Shown piece after piece: positions 1 to 8,437 of a stretch of DNA of 64,000 nucleotides. Source of the stretch: an uncultured Candidatus Saccharibacteria bacterium (GTDB taxonomy: Bacteria; Patescibacteriota; Minisyncoccia; Phycocordibacterales; UBA9973); the NCBI GenBank assembly GCA_964496425.1, contig CAZBZO010000004.1:23118-87117 (forward strand). The letters are read 5' to 3'. Both the position numbers and the translations under genes were made by a program. How positions within the stretch are numbered: position 1 is the stretch's first letter; each line of letters opens with the position of its first letter. The notes beneath the pieces are model-generated. The model was not told where the DNA came from. It ran no database searches and saw only the letters and a list, made by a program, of their open reading frames with translations.

Positions 1-263
1 GGGTCCCACTGATCAGAAAGCCAGACATCGCGCTCGTAGACCTTTACTGGAGAATCAGTGGAGTACATAGAAAAAATCTCTTTGCCGGAGAAATCACTTA
101 CCCTCTTATAAAGCCCGCGCTCATTGCGAAATGAAAGCCGGCGCTGTACTCGGCACAGCGGGCAAAACGTCGGTGCCGGCACTTTCATCCGCTCGTAAAA
201 ATTGCGATCTTCCTGATCGATAATAAAATCTTGTTTGCAGTTTTGGCAAGTTTTTGTTTCCAT
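1..263 (-). CDS. Cys-rich zinc-ribbon protein, paralogue of 1205..2911 (runs off the window edge; not in ORF track)
   Basis: Manual translation from ATG at 263: METKTCQNCKQDFIIDQEDRNFYERMKVPAPTFCPLCRVQRRLSFRNERGLYKR...MYSTDSPVKVYERDVWLSDQWD. It aligns closely with the N-terminus of 1205..2911. Confidence 0.9.
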   Translation of the reverse strand, partial: METKTCQNCKQDFIIDQEDRNFYERMKVPAPTFCPLCRVQRRLSFRNERGLYKRVSDFSGKEIFSMYSTDSPVKVYERDVWLSDQWD

Positions 264-265
264 TT

Positions 266-622
266 CTAATTATTATTTGGATCTTCCGATGAAGGCTGAT
301 CAAAAGGATCTATGGTTAACTTCTGTTGATGTATTCCACCTTTATCTGCCATTTCCTTAAAAAAATCTTCTACCGTCTCGTTGAGTTTAGCAACGAGAGC
401 ATCCGAGTGATCACCGCCTTCGTATGCTTGTACAAGAATATCCATCATATTGGCATGTTTTTTATCCATCATAGGATTTTTGCTCAAAGATTGCATGGTC
501 TCAAATGCACTTCTAAAATCTCTCTGATCCACATCCCACTTGATTGATCTGTATGTTATAGATTCTTTATAATTAGTAATCTTTTTTGGGTTAGGGCCTT
601 CGTTGTTACTTTTTGGAGGCAT
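266..622 (-). CDS. hypothetical protein
   Basis: 118-aa ORF with ATG start, co-oriented and tightly packed with neighbours; no recognisable motif. Confidence 0.7.
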   Translation of the reverse strand: MPPKSNNEGPNPKKITNYKESITYRSIKWDVDQRDFRSAFETMQSLSKNPMMDKKHANMMDILVQAYEGGDHSDALVAKLNETVEDFFKEMADKGGIHQQKLTIDPFDQPSSEDPNNN

Positions 623-655
623 AATTTTATATTTATCTAATAATTATTCATTATC

Positions 656-1204
656 TCATAATAAATGTATTTTAATGGTAGCGAGAAGCGCTGGGAATTC
701 GCTCATCGGATAAAAATGCCCGGCGTTTGGTAGTTCGTAGTAATCAGTCGAGAGTTTTTCGTGGACAAACCTGGCTTCTTCGATCGGGATGAACGGGTCG
801 TCGAGTGAACTAAACTGCACAATCCATTTTTGATTGCGCTTAATGGCTTCCCAGTTCCACGGCGTATCAAAATAACCACTTGCCTTCTCATCTTCGTGGC
901 CCAAATCTGTATGATACGCAGCGATCAAAACTGATCCGAGGATTTTATGAGTCTCAGCGTAGCGCATCGCTGCTTCAGCGCCCGAAGACCAGCCTAGAAG
1001 AATTGTGTGCTCGTCCGCGCCTAAACTTTCAATAAAGGGCAACCAAAACTCCGCCCGAGCCAAAACCGAGTCAGGATACATGCCGGGCGAAATCACTTCT
1101 ACATCGAGTGTTTCAAGCTCAGACTTAAGCCATGGAAACCATTCGCTATCAGTTGATCCTCCACCATTGCCTGGTATAAAAATGACTTTAATCTCTTGAT
1201 TCAT
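656..1204 (-). CDS. RBBP9/YdeN-family alpha/beta serine hydrolase
   Basis: IPGNGG oxyanion region, W-x-P-W-L, nucleophile elbow GWSSG, S-x-DDPFIP and AGHF (catalytic Asp and His). Confidence 0.9.
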   Translation of the reverse strand: MNQEIKVIFIPGNGGGSTDSEWFPWLKSELETLDVEVISPGMYPDSVLARAEFWLPFIESLGADEHTILLGWSSGAEAAMRYAETHKILGSVLIAAYHTDLGHEDEKASGYFDTPWNWEAIKRNQKWIVQFSSLDDPFIPIEEARFVHEKLSTDYYELPNAGHFYPMSEFPALLATIKIHLL

Positions 1205-2911
1205 TTAATACACTTCATTTTGATAGCATTCGGGACAATAAATAATCGGTGCATATGCTTCATCATACACTGTCTCTACTTCAACAGCACACTTTGAACA
1301 GTCCCGATTTATAATTTTCAAAAATCGTCTCTTGGCAAGTCTGCGAGTATGACGAACATCGAAACAAACTCTCGGTAAAGGTAGATCCGTTTTGCGGTAG
1401 AAACTTAGTTCATCTTGAGTAATACGATAAACCCCTACTGAATAGGGCTGATCCTTATCTCCACATTCTAATACTTCTTTTAATATAGAATCATCTACTT
1501 CTCCTATCGTCTCAGGCAAATCAGAACTTTTTATAGTTGCCACGTAATTCTTTTTTTCTTTTTCTCGCCATCGATACCCTTTTGAGCCAGCTTCCTCTTT
1601 GGTAATGGGATAAAAATCTATAGCGGCTGTTTCATTGTAAGCAAACGGTGAAAGATCATCCGGGAAATATTCTCCGAAACCATAGGTGATCCCTCGCTTG
1701 TCTACATACGGCATGGCTTTCATATGCTCGATAATTTTAGGTACGAGGGATAAATATTCTTCTTTAGAATATTTCTTGTTTAGAATCGAATACTCGCCTT
1801 TCTTGAGTCCTATGCATCCAAAACAAAAACCTGATCCAGGACAAGAGTCGCTGTAGTAAAGATCATGCGCTCCCATCCAACACTGACTAGAAAAGTAAAT
1901 GTGAGAAATGTTGATCCCACAGTTCTCGGACTCATACACAAGTTCTGCGTGATTCCCCCATTGAAAAAAATCCATAACATCTTGTGCATCAAAAATCCAA
2001 AAAAGATACTTGCCATCTTTCACATTAAGACATCCAAGAGAATTCTTTACATTTTGACAATTGACGAGCCAGTTCCCAGAAACAGTATCAGACTTTAGAG
2101 AATGAATTGAGCGGTGAGGAAATTTTTTCCTGAACTCTTGGAACTGTTGCTTAAACTCCTCCAGGCCAGAAACAGTATTTAGCCCTAGCTCTTTTAGTTT
2201 CGTAAAATACTCTTCCTTTGTATATTTCTTATTGAAAATACAATATGATTGGCTTACCAAATTCACACACCCAATACAGTTGGAGCAATCACGACACGAA
2301 TACAAGAAAAATGATTCTCTACAACCATGGCTTTCTTGTGAAAAAAATGTCTTGTAACAGTTATTACAATCTATACATTCATAACATGACTCACAATCCC
2401 AAACACTAAAACAATCAATGCAATCGGTTATATTTCTTCCGACATAGGAATAGGATGAATCTATACTTCCACTCATACGAAAAACCATATAAGAATTTTT
2501 CATATCATGTGCTCTATGTGTATATTCGCTGTTTACAGATTCCCCTTGTTTAACCAACGCCATACGAGGAACTTTATTTTGAAGCTCAAAAAACTGCTCG
2601 AAGAATGGCCGATTGAAATCATATTCTTGACCATATTGATACGGGTCCCATGCATCGCTGTACCACTCAGATGTACGATAGACTGGAAATGGTGCTTCGG
2701 CAGGATACATACTCAGTATTTTCTGACTAGATAGATCACACTCTCGATAATAGAGGACACGTTCATTCGTTCCCATCATTCTTCGTATCTGCCGACATTC
2801 CGGGCAAAATGTCGGTGGCGCGACTTTGATTTTTTCATAAAACGAAAAATCATCCGGCTCGATGATAAATTCATTTTTACATTTGGCGCAAGCCTTATCT
2901 TGGGATTCCAC
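1205..2911 (-). CDS. Cys-rich zinc-ribbon / repeat protein of unknown function (CPR-type multicopy family)
   Basis: GTG start; N-terminal CxxC...CPxC, central Cys-rich repeats (DCIDC, CESCYECIDCNNC, CRDCSNCIGC), C-terminal CSKC...YCPECY. Confidence 0.85.
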   Translation of the reverse strand: MESQDKACAKCKNEFIIEPDDFSFYEKIKVAPPTFCPECRQIRRMMGTNERVLYYRECDLSSQKILSMYPAEAPFPVYRTSEWYSDAWDPYQYGQEYDFNRPFFEQFFELQNKVPRMALVKQGESVNSEYTHRAHDMKNSYMVFRMSGSIDSSYSYVGRNITDCIDCFSVWDCESCYECIDCNNCYKTFFSQESHGCRESFFLYSCRDCSNCIGCVNLVSQSYCIFNKKYTKEEYFTKLKELGLNTVSGLEEFKQQFQEFRKKFPHRSIHSLKSDTVSGNWLVNCQNVKNSLGCLNVKDGKYLFWIFDAQDVMDFFQWGNHAELVYESENCGINISHIYFSSQCWMGAHDLYYSDSCPGSGFCFGCIGLKKGEYSILNKKYSKEEYLSLVPKIIEHMKAMPYVDKRGITYGFGEYFPDDLSPFAYNETAAIDFYPITKEEAGSKGYRWREKEKKNYVATIKSSDLPETIGEVDDSILKEVLECGDKDQPYSVGVYRITQDELSFYRKTDLPLPRVCFDVRHTRRLAKRRFLKIINRDCSKCAVEVETVYDEAYAPIIYCPECYQNEVY

Positions 2912-2980
2912 AAGCCAACTCTAGCGCACTCTTTGACTCTATGCAACGAGAGGAGTAGAGTTAAGAAAAACTTCCTTACC

Positions 2981-3901
2981 ATGAAAACAAACATCATAAT
3001 CCTGCTATGGGTGGTGTTTGCTTTCGCAACACTACCACAGAAAACTTGGAGCCAGACTCCATTTTGCGATTACCTTTGCAAGAAACAAGACTCATTGCCT
3101 ATCCGCGAGAAAACGCTATACATAATTTGGCACACAACTGAGGGCCCTTGGCCCGGATGTCGTAATTGGTTGATGCGTGGACCGTGGGGACACTTTGTTA
3201 CCACAAAAACAGGATTTACTGAACGAATCGTAGAAGACGAGCGCTTCGTAGAGCATGCTGGTCATTCTATGTACAATGGAGACACCGCAATATCTAGATT
3301 CTCCGTGAGTATTGAATTCGTACAATATCAGGGTGATACTATTACCCAAGCCCAATACGATAGTGGGATGGTTCTCACTAAATACTTACAGATGAAATAC
3401 TGTATACCTGACAGTTGTGTTTTAATCCATCCAGCAGTGGCATGTTTCTATCCCGGTGACTTCAAATCTAAAAAACGAGTAAGAGGCCGTACAATAATAG
3501 AGACTTATACGACCTACGCTCGAGGACGGAAGCAAGACGCATATGAATTCGCAAATACTGCTTCAAGAGCACGACTGGGAGTCGGACCAGGACCCAGATA
3601 CGATTTGGATGTAGTTATGGGAAGAATGGTTCCTGATGCAGCGCAAGAGAGACTTTTGTATGGAAAAAATTTCTCTATTGCAGAGCTTATAATGTTAAGA
3701 GAAATGATAGAGTATAGGGAAAATCCCATAGCTGTATCAACTTTATCTGTACGGAAATACGAAATATGTAATACCGTCTTGTGGGAAAATGAAATCATTT
3801 TCCAAAAACCCAAAAAGGCATTCTCGATTGATACATATTTCAAAAGAGAAGATGAAATCGGTATTACGGGAAAAGCATTTTTAAAATTTCTTAGCGAGTA
3901 A
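2981..3901 (+). CDS. secreted N-acetylmuramoyl-L-alanine amidase (Amidase_2, Zn-dependent)
   Basis: Signal peptide MKTNIIILLWVVFAFA..., IIWHTTEG, HAG, SIEF, LIH motifs; start moved to ATG at 2981. Confidence 0.8.
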   Translation: MKTNIIILLWVVFAFATLPQKTWSQTPFCDYLCKKQDSLPIREKTLYIIWHTTEGPWPGCRNWLMRGPWGHFVTTKTGFTERIVEDERFVEHAGHSMYNGDTAISRFSVSIEFVQYQGDTITQAQYDSGMVLTKYLQMKYCIPDSCVLIHPAVACFYPGDFKSKKRVRGRTIIETYTTYARGRKQDAYEFANTASRARLGVGPGPRYDLDVVMGRMVPDAAQERLLYGKNFSIAELIMLREMIEYRENPIAVSTLSVRKYEICNTVLWENEIIFQKPKKAFSIDTYFKREDEIGITGKAFLKFLSE

Positions 3902-3919
3902 ATCAGGCTTCGGTCAGAT

Positions 3920-4606
3920 TTACTCGCTTTTTCTTTGCTTCCACTTCTCTATTTCCTTATGATTCCCGGAAAGCAGTACTTTCGGCACGCGGTACTTTTT
4001 TTTATTATGAACCAGAATTTCTGGTCGAGTATAAAATTCACTTGATGAGATGCGTTCTTCTTCGAGCGATTCGAATTTGCCCAGTACTCCTGGAATCTGG
4101 CGAGATAGTGTATCAATCAGTATCATAGCTGGCAATTCCCCTCCTGTTACAACATAGTCCCCGATGGAAATTTTTTTAGTCTTCAATATTTTGTCCACAC
4201 GCGCATCAATACCTTCATAGCGGCCGCATAAAAGAATAATATCGGTATGTTTTTTTGCCACATTTTTTACATACGCGGTGGTGAGTTTTTCCCCTGAAGG
4301 TACGAAATTAACGATGAGCGTTTTTGATTTTTTATTTTTTTTAATTCTTTTTTCGATATGCTCTACCGCTTTCAAAATCGGCTCGGCGCGCATGATCATC
4401 CCCGGTCCCCCGCCAAACGGCCGATCATCCACGATCGCAGAAATGTTGCCGTCTGGCCAGACCTTTTTGTACTTGCCCACCACAAACTTCCGTGGATTGT
4501 AAAAATCCACCTTGATTTTTTTTTCTCGTATGGCCCGACCAATAATCGATTCTTTCAAATAGGAATCAAAGGATTCCGGGAAAATAGTAACTATATGATA
4601 GTTCAT
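3920..4606 (-). CDS. trmD: tRNA (guanine37-N1)-methyltransferase
   Basis: TIFPE, VDDRPFGGGPGM, CGRYEGID, SIGDYVVTGGE, VPKVLLSGNH. Confidence 0.97.
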   Translation of the reverse strand: MNYHIVTIFPESFDSYLKESIIGRAIREKKIKVDFYNPRKFVVGKYKKVWPDGNISAIVDDRPFGGGPGMIMRAEPILKAVEHIEKRIKKNKKSKTLIVNFVPSGEKLTTAYVKNVAKKHTDIILLCGRYEGIDARVDKILKTKKISIGDYVVTGGELPAMILIDTLSRQIPGVLGKFESLEEERISSSEFYTRPEILVHNKKKYRVPKVLLSGNHKEIEKWKQRKSE

Positions 4607-4653
4607 AGGCTGTAGGGTATAGGTTTTAGCAAAAAATGCAAATTGGATAGTAC

Positions 4654-4683
4654 GACAAAAGCCGCCCATGGGCGGCTTTTGTC
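4654..4683. terminator. intrinsic terminator hairpin after khpA
   Basis: GACAAAAGCCGCCC-AT-GGGCGGCTTTTGTC perfect inverted repeat with T-tract. Confidence 0.75.
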
Positions 4684-4696
4684 TTCACTTTAAAAC

Positions 4697-5017
4697 TTAA
4701 ATTCCTTTCAAATCTGCCATTGCTTCGTCCACTGAACTAGATGATGGTGCAGCACTCCCACTCATGTGCGTGCTTCCTTCTGGCTCGTTGATCTTCAGAT
4801 TCACGCGAGCATTGTTTTTCATGCCAATGACGCGAAGAAGCGTGCGGATCGCCTTGGCAGTGTTGCCCATGCGTCCGATGACCTTGCCCATGTCGGCAGG
4901 ATTTACAGAAAGCGTGATAAGTACACCCATTTCATCCACTGTGCGATCAATCTTTACATCAGAAGGGTTATCGACGAGAGATTTGACCACGTACTCAAGA
5001 AATGCTTTATCTTCCAT
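4697..5017 (-). CDS. khpA: KH-domain RNA-binding protein
   Basis: LVDNP, DMGKVIGRMGNTAKAIRTLL (GxxG KH loop); canonical rpsP-khpA-trmD context. Confidence 0.92.
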   Translation of the reverse strand: MEDKAFLEYVVKSLVDNPSDVKIDRTVDEMGVLITLSVNPADMGKVIGRMGNTAKAIRTLLRVIGMKNNARVNLKINEPEGSTHMSGSAAPSSSSVDEAMADLKGI

Positions 5018-5079
5018 ATGTTTGCTGTACGGTCTATTTGTATTTTAATGCAGCGTTTCGACTTCGACTGCTTATAGCT

Positions 5080-5108
5080 AGTATAGTATGACCAAAAGCG
5101 AGTGTCAA
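5080..5108 (-). promoter_or_regulatory. sigma70-type promoter of khpA
   Basis: TTGACA-17 nt-TATACT on the minus strand. Confidence 0.75.
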
Positions 5109-5113
5109 TAAAA

Positions 5114-5140
5114 AAGAAGCAGTCATATCGACTGCTTCTT
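5114..5140 (-). terminator. intrinsic terminator of the T9SS-tailed gene
   Basis: AAGAAGCAGTC-ATATC-GACTGCTTCTT hairpin followed by a T-run on the minus strand. Confidence 0.7.
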
Positions 5141-5158
5141 CCTCTACAAAAGAGGATT

Positions 5159-6712
5159 TTACATTTTCTGAATTTTCTTACTTACATATGTACCATTATT
5201 TTTAATAATACTGATGATATACATACCAGGCAAAAAATTCTTTGTGTTAAAGTTATTACCTTCTATCCCCACCAACCGAACTCGTCCTATCACGTCGGTT
5301 ATTGTTACCATTTGGAAGTTACCTTCAATCACAATATAGTCGGTAAAGGGATTTGGGTAAACCTTATAATCACTATTAGTAGTAGAAATAACACCGGTTG
5401 GAATTGAACGTTCAAGCATGGCAACCCATATATCGTACTCACCATGGTTGCCTGTAACATCACCGTCAATCGACATACTATGTCCTGCGACGATATAGGA
5501 TCCATAGGAAGTTTGTGTAATTACACATATTCCCCCTTCGACTTCTGTGCCACCGAGGCATTTCTGCCATTCTATATCTCCATCGATAGTGAGTTTCAAT
5601 ATCCAAAAATCATACCAGCCGTGATTACCAGACACATCGCCGTCATTGGACATAGTTGCTCCCGCAACAATATATCCGCCATCAATCGTTTGCTTTACCG
5701 AAAACGATTGGTCGTCCGACACACCACCGAGTGATTTTTGCCATTGGATATTTCCCACTGTATCAAGCTTCACAATCCAATAATCATTACCCCCGTGATT
5801 GCCGGTAACATCAAAGTTAAGGGAACTAGCGTTGCCAGATAAAATATATCCTCCGTCAATCGTTTGTTCAATTGAGTATCCTGCAACATCAATGTCGCTC
5901 CCGCCAAGGCACTTCTGCCACTGTATTACTCCAACCGAATCCAATTTCACCACCCAATAATCAGAGCTGCCATGAATTCCGGAAACATCACCGTTTGATG
6001 AATACGTCCAACCACTGGCGATGTATCCACCATCTTTTGTCTGCCGAATACAAAAAGGGAAATCCACAGATGTGCCTCCCAATGATTTTTGCCATTCGAT
6101 GTTCCCTACGGCATCTAACTTGGCTATCCAATAATCCAAATTGCCGTGGTTGCCAGAAACATCACCATCATTCGAAGCTGAAGCTGAAACTACGATGTAA
6201 CCACCGTCATTCGTTTGGCGAACAGAAAAGGACTCTTCGTCTTCGGTGCCACCAAGGCATTTCTGCCATTCAATAATTCCAAGCGTGTTAATTTTAACGA
6301 CCCAGGTATCGGTCATGCCGTGGTTACTTGAGACATCAAAATCATTAGAGTAACTGAAGCCCGATACAATAAATCCTCCATCAGCAGTCTCTGTAATAGA
6401 GCGTGCTTGATCGGAGCCGCTGCCACCCAAAGACACCTGCCAGATCAGATTTCCACTGGTATCAATTTTTACAATCCAGAAATCATGATCTCCATGGTTA
6501 CCGGACACATCACCGTCATCTGAGTTGCTATAGCCGGCAAAAACGAAGTTGCCATCTGAGGTTGGAGTAAGTGCATACACCACCTCGATGCTACTCCCAC
6601 CAAAGGATTTTTCCCATTTGATTTCAGGCGCTTGCGCTTGTGCAAAATAAAAAGAAAAAATCAATGCCGCACAACTCATGGCTGTCAGCAGGAAATTGGA
6701 AAACTGTTTCAT
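5159..6712 (-). CDS. secreted seven-repeat beta-propeller protein with T9SS type-A C-terminal sorting domain
   Basis: Signal peptide ending AQA-Q; seven repeats of WQKxLGG...DGGYIVxG...DGDVSGNHG..DxWxxKLD; C-terminus KVYPNPF...ITDVIGR...LPGMYII...KKIQK. Confidence 0.85.
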   Translation of the reverse strand: MKQFSNFLLTAMSCAALIFSFYFAQAQAPEIKWEKSFGGSSIEVVYALTPTSDGNFVFAGYSNSDDGDVSGNHGDHDFWIVKIDTSGNLIWQVSLGGSGSDQARSITETADGGFIVSGFSYSNDFDVSSNHGMTDTWVVKINTLGIIEWQKCLGGTEDEESFSVRQTNDGGYIVVSASASNDGDVSGNHGNLDYWIAKLDAVGNIEWQKSLGGTSVDFPFCIRQTKDGGYIASGWTYSSNGDVSGIHGSSDYWVVKLDSVGVIQWQKCLGGSDIDVAGYSIEQTIDGGYILSGNASSLNFDVTGNHGGNDYWIVKLDTVGNIQWQKSLGGVSDDQSFSVKQTIDGGYIVAGATMSNDGDVSGNHGWYDFWILKLTIDGDIEWQKCLGGTEVEGGICVITQTSYGSYIVAGHSMSIDGDVTGNHGEYDIWVAMLERSIPTGVISTTNSDYKVYPNPFTDYIVIEGNFQMVTITDVIGRVRLVGIEGNNFNTKNFLPGMYIISIIKNNGTYVSKKIQKM

Positions 6713-6778
6713 ACGAACGTTTTTTGGTTTAATTTTTGAAGAAATAGAATTTGTCTCCCAAACCATACCACTCAAAAC

Positions 6779-6814
6779 ACAAAAGCGCAAGGCCGAGGGG
6801 CCGTGCGCTTTTGT
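6779..6814 (-). terminator. intrinsic terminator after rpsP
   Basis: ACAAAAGCGCA-A-GGCC...GGCC-G-TGCGCTTTTGT hairpin. Confidence 0.7.
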
Positions 6815-6831
6815 TAGTATTTTTTTGATTA

Positions 6832-7137
6832 TTACGCTGCTTTCAATTCTTTGCGTTTCTTGGTTGGACTCTTGCGTGGAAGGACATTTTTCTTGCGGCC
6901 TTCAACGAGTTTTTTTGAAATGAGGAAATTCTGCATAGTATCCGAAGTCTGTGCGCCGACACTCATCCAATATTTGATGCGGTCTTCTTTTAAGGTCACT
7001 TCCCCTTTCTTTGGATCGTACGCACCGAGGATTTCCAAAAAGCGCCCACTTTTGGTGCTGTTTTTTGAGTCCGTCAGAACGACTCGAAATGAGGCTTCGT
7101 TCTTACGGCCAATGCGCTGCAATCTGATCATTAACAT
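6832..7137 (-). CDS. rpsP: 30S ribosomal protein S16
   Basis: IRLQRIGRK, GRFLEILGAYDP, YWMSVGAQTSDT. Confidence 0.97.
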   Translation of the reverse strand: MLMIRLQRIGRKNEASFRVVLTDSKNSTKSGRFLEILGAYDPKKGEVTLKEDRIKYWMSVGAQTSDTMQNFLISKKLVEGRKKNVLPRKSPTKKRKELKAA

Positions 7138-7290
7138 CCCGCTATCTTACCAGAATGGGCTTGAAAGGTCAACAGGCCCTTCTGGGATATAGCTTTAGGA
7201 GGCTACAGAGCTTTTTGCTATACTAGGAAAAGCATTTGTTTTAAGCAATGCTACGACATTATTATTAATACTATAAAAATTTATATAGAA

Positions 7291-8055
7291 ATGAAAACAC
7301 AAAAAATAGTTACATCGTTGATACTGGTAGCTTTCTTGGCAACTGGCATTTCGGTCGCCCAAGCAGAAACACCAGCCTTGGATAAAATGGTAGCGCCACA
7401 AAAGCCTACTCTTATGCCAAAGCCATATGAGAATCCATCTGTGATGGTTCCCAAAGATCGCCCAATGCCGACAAGTGCAAGTGGTGTTATGCCAGTAAAA
7501 GGTGGTATCAGCCATCCGTTTGGGCAATTACCAGAAGTAGCAGAAGCCAATCGAGCTCGCGTACAGGCTATGATCGAAAGTCACAAAACAGAGATCACTG
7601 AACGACAAGACGCACTGAAAGCCAAACTTATTGAACACAGAGACCAATTGGCAGAGCGTTTTGGAGAAAAAAAGGCTGGAGAAATTGTACAGGTACGTGA
7701 AAATGTAGCTGAGCAATTTGGTGAAGTCTTGCTCAAACTCCGAAGTGCGGAAGAAAAGCTCGACAATCTACTCTCAATGCTTGAAGAACGCGGTATGGAT
7801 ACTGCAAGCAACCGTGCAGTATTTGAAACTGCCTCAAGTGATATCGCTGCAGCTGAAACCGCTATCGCCAATCTGCAAAATATCGCGGCAAGCGATACTG
7901 ACGGTGCAGCCACAGTAAAAGAAGCGGGTGCTCGCGCACGTACTGCTGTAGAAAAAGCAAAACAATCAACACTTGCTGCATTCACTGCAATCCGAACTCT
8001 TATTAGCGCCGAAGCTTCCGTGAAAACAAACACTGAAGCGACAGCAAGTAACTAA
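7291..8055 (+). CDS. secreted alpha-helical / coiled-coil protein
   Basis: Signal peptide ending AQA, Pro-rich linker, Ala/Glu/Lys-rich helical body. Confidence 0.8.
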   Translation: MKTQKIVTSLILVAFLATGISVAQAETPALDKMVAPQKPTLMPKPYENPSVMVPKDRPMPTSASGVMPVKGGISHPFGQLPEVAEANRARVQAMIESHKTEITERQDALKAKLIEHRDQLAERFGEKKAGEIVQVRENVAEQFGEVLLKLRSAEEKLDNLLSMLEERGMDTASNRAVFETASSDIAAAETAIANLQNIAASDTDGAATVKEAGARARTAVEKAKQSTLAAFTAIRTLISAEASVKTNTEATASN

Positions 8056-8070
8056 CACACATACAAATTT

Positions 8071-8343
8071 ATGGAACCAAACACAAACCCAGCCGCAACG
8101 ACGACAAATATCAACACCACAGTGACAGACAAGAGCAGCAATAAAATGGTTGTAGTACTCATCATACTCGTTGCCATCGTTGCTTTAGCCTTCTATGTCA
8201 TGAAGCAAAAGGAAAGCGCGATGATCACACCACAAAATCCATCTCAGCAATCAACTGGCGATGACACACTCGATGAGCTCAATAGTATTGAAGCAGATCT
8301 CAATAGTGTCGACACCGCCACACTCGACGCCGGCCTCGAATAA
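8071..8343 (+). CDS. small single-pass membrane protein
   Basis: One hydrophobic helix and an acidic tail (DELNSIEADLNSVD); followed by a terminator. Confidence 0.75.
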   Translation: MEPNTNPAATTTNINTTVTDKSSNKMVVVLIILVAIVALAFYVMKQKESAMITPQNPSQQSTGDDTLDELNSIEADLNSVDTATLDAGLE

Positions 8344-8358
8344 ACATTTTGTAAGTCT

Positions 8359-8386
8359 CAAAAAAGGCTCGTATGAGCCTTTTTTG
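8359..8386. terminator. intrinsic terminator
   Basis: CAAAAAAGGCTC-GTAT-GAGCCTTTTTTG. Confidence 0.8.
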
Positions 8387-8437
8387 TTTGCCTTAAAACA
8401 TACAAATACCCTAGAAAAGATATGTTATGATAGAAAA

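Noticed and set aside
4451-4462. Perfect 12-bp palindrome GTCTGGCCAGAC in a short TrmD loop insertion (KKVWPDGN)
   Set aside because: Too short to separate from chance and unlike the other palindromes; it needs an orthologue alignment.
5055-5072. Recurrent GTCGA(A) motif in leaders and after stop codons
   Set aside because: A 5-6-mer seen a handful of times; not distinguishable from background without counting.
5400-6620. Regular DNA repeats that might be a CRISPR array
   Set aside because: They are degenerate, in-frame ~171-bp protein repeats with no identical repeat/unique spacer pattern, and no cas genes are present.
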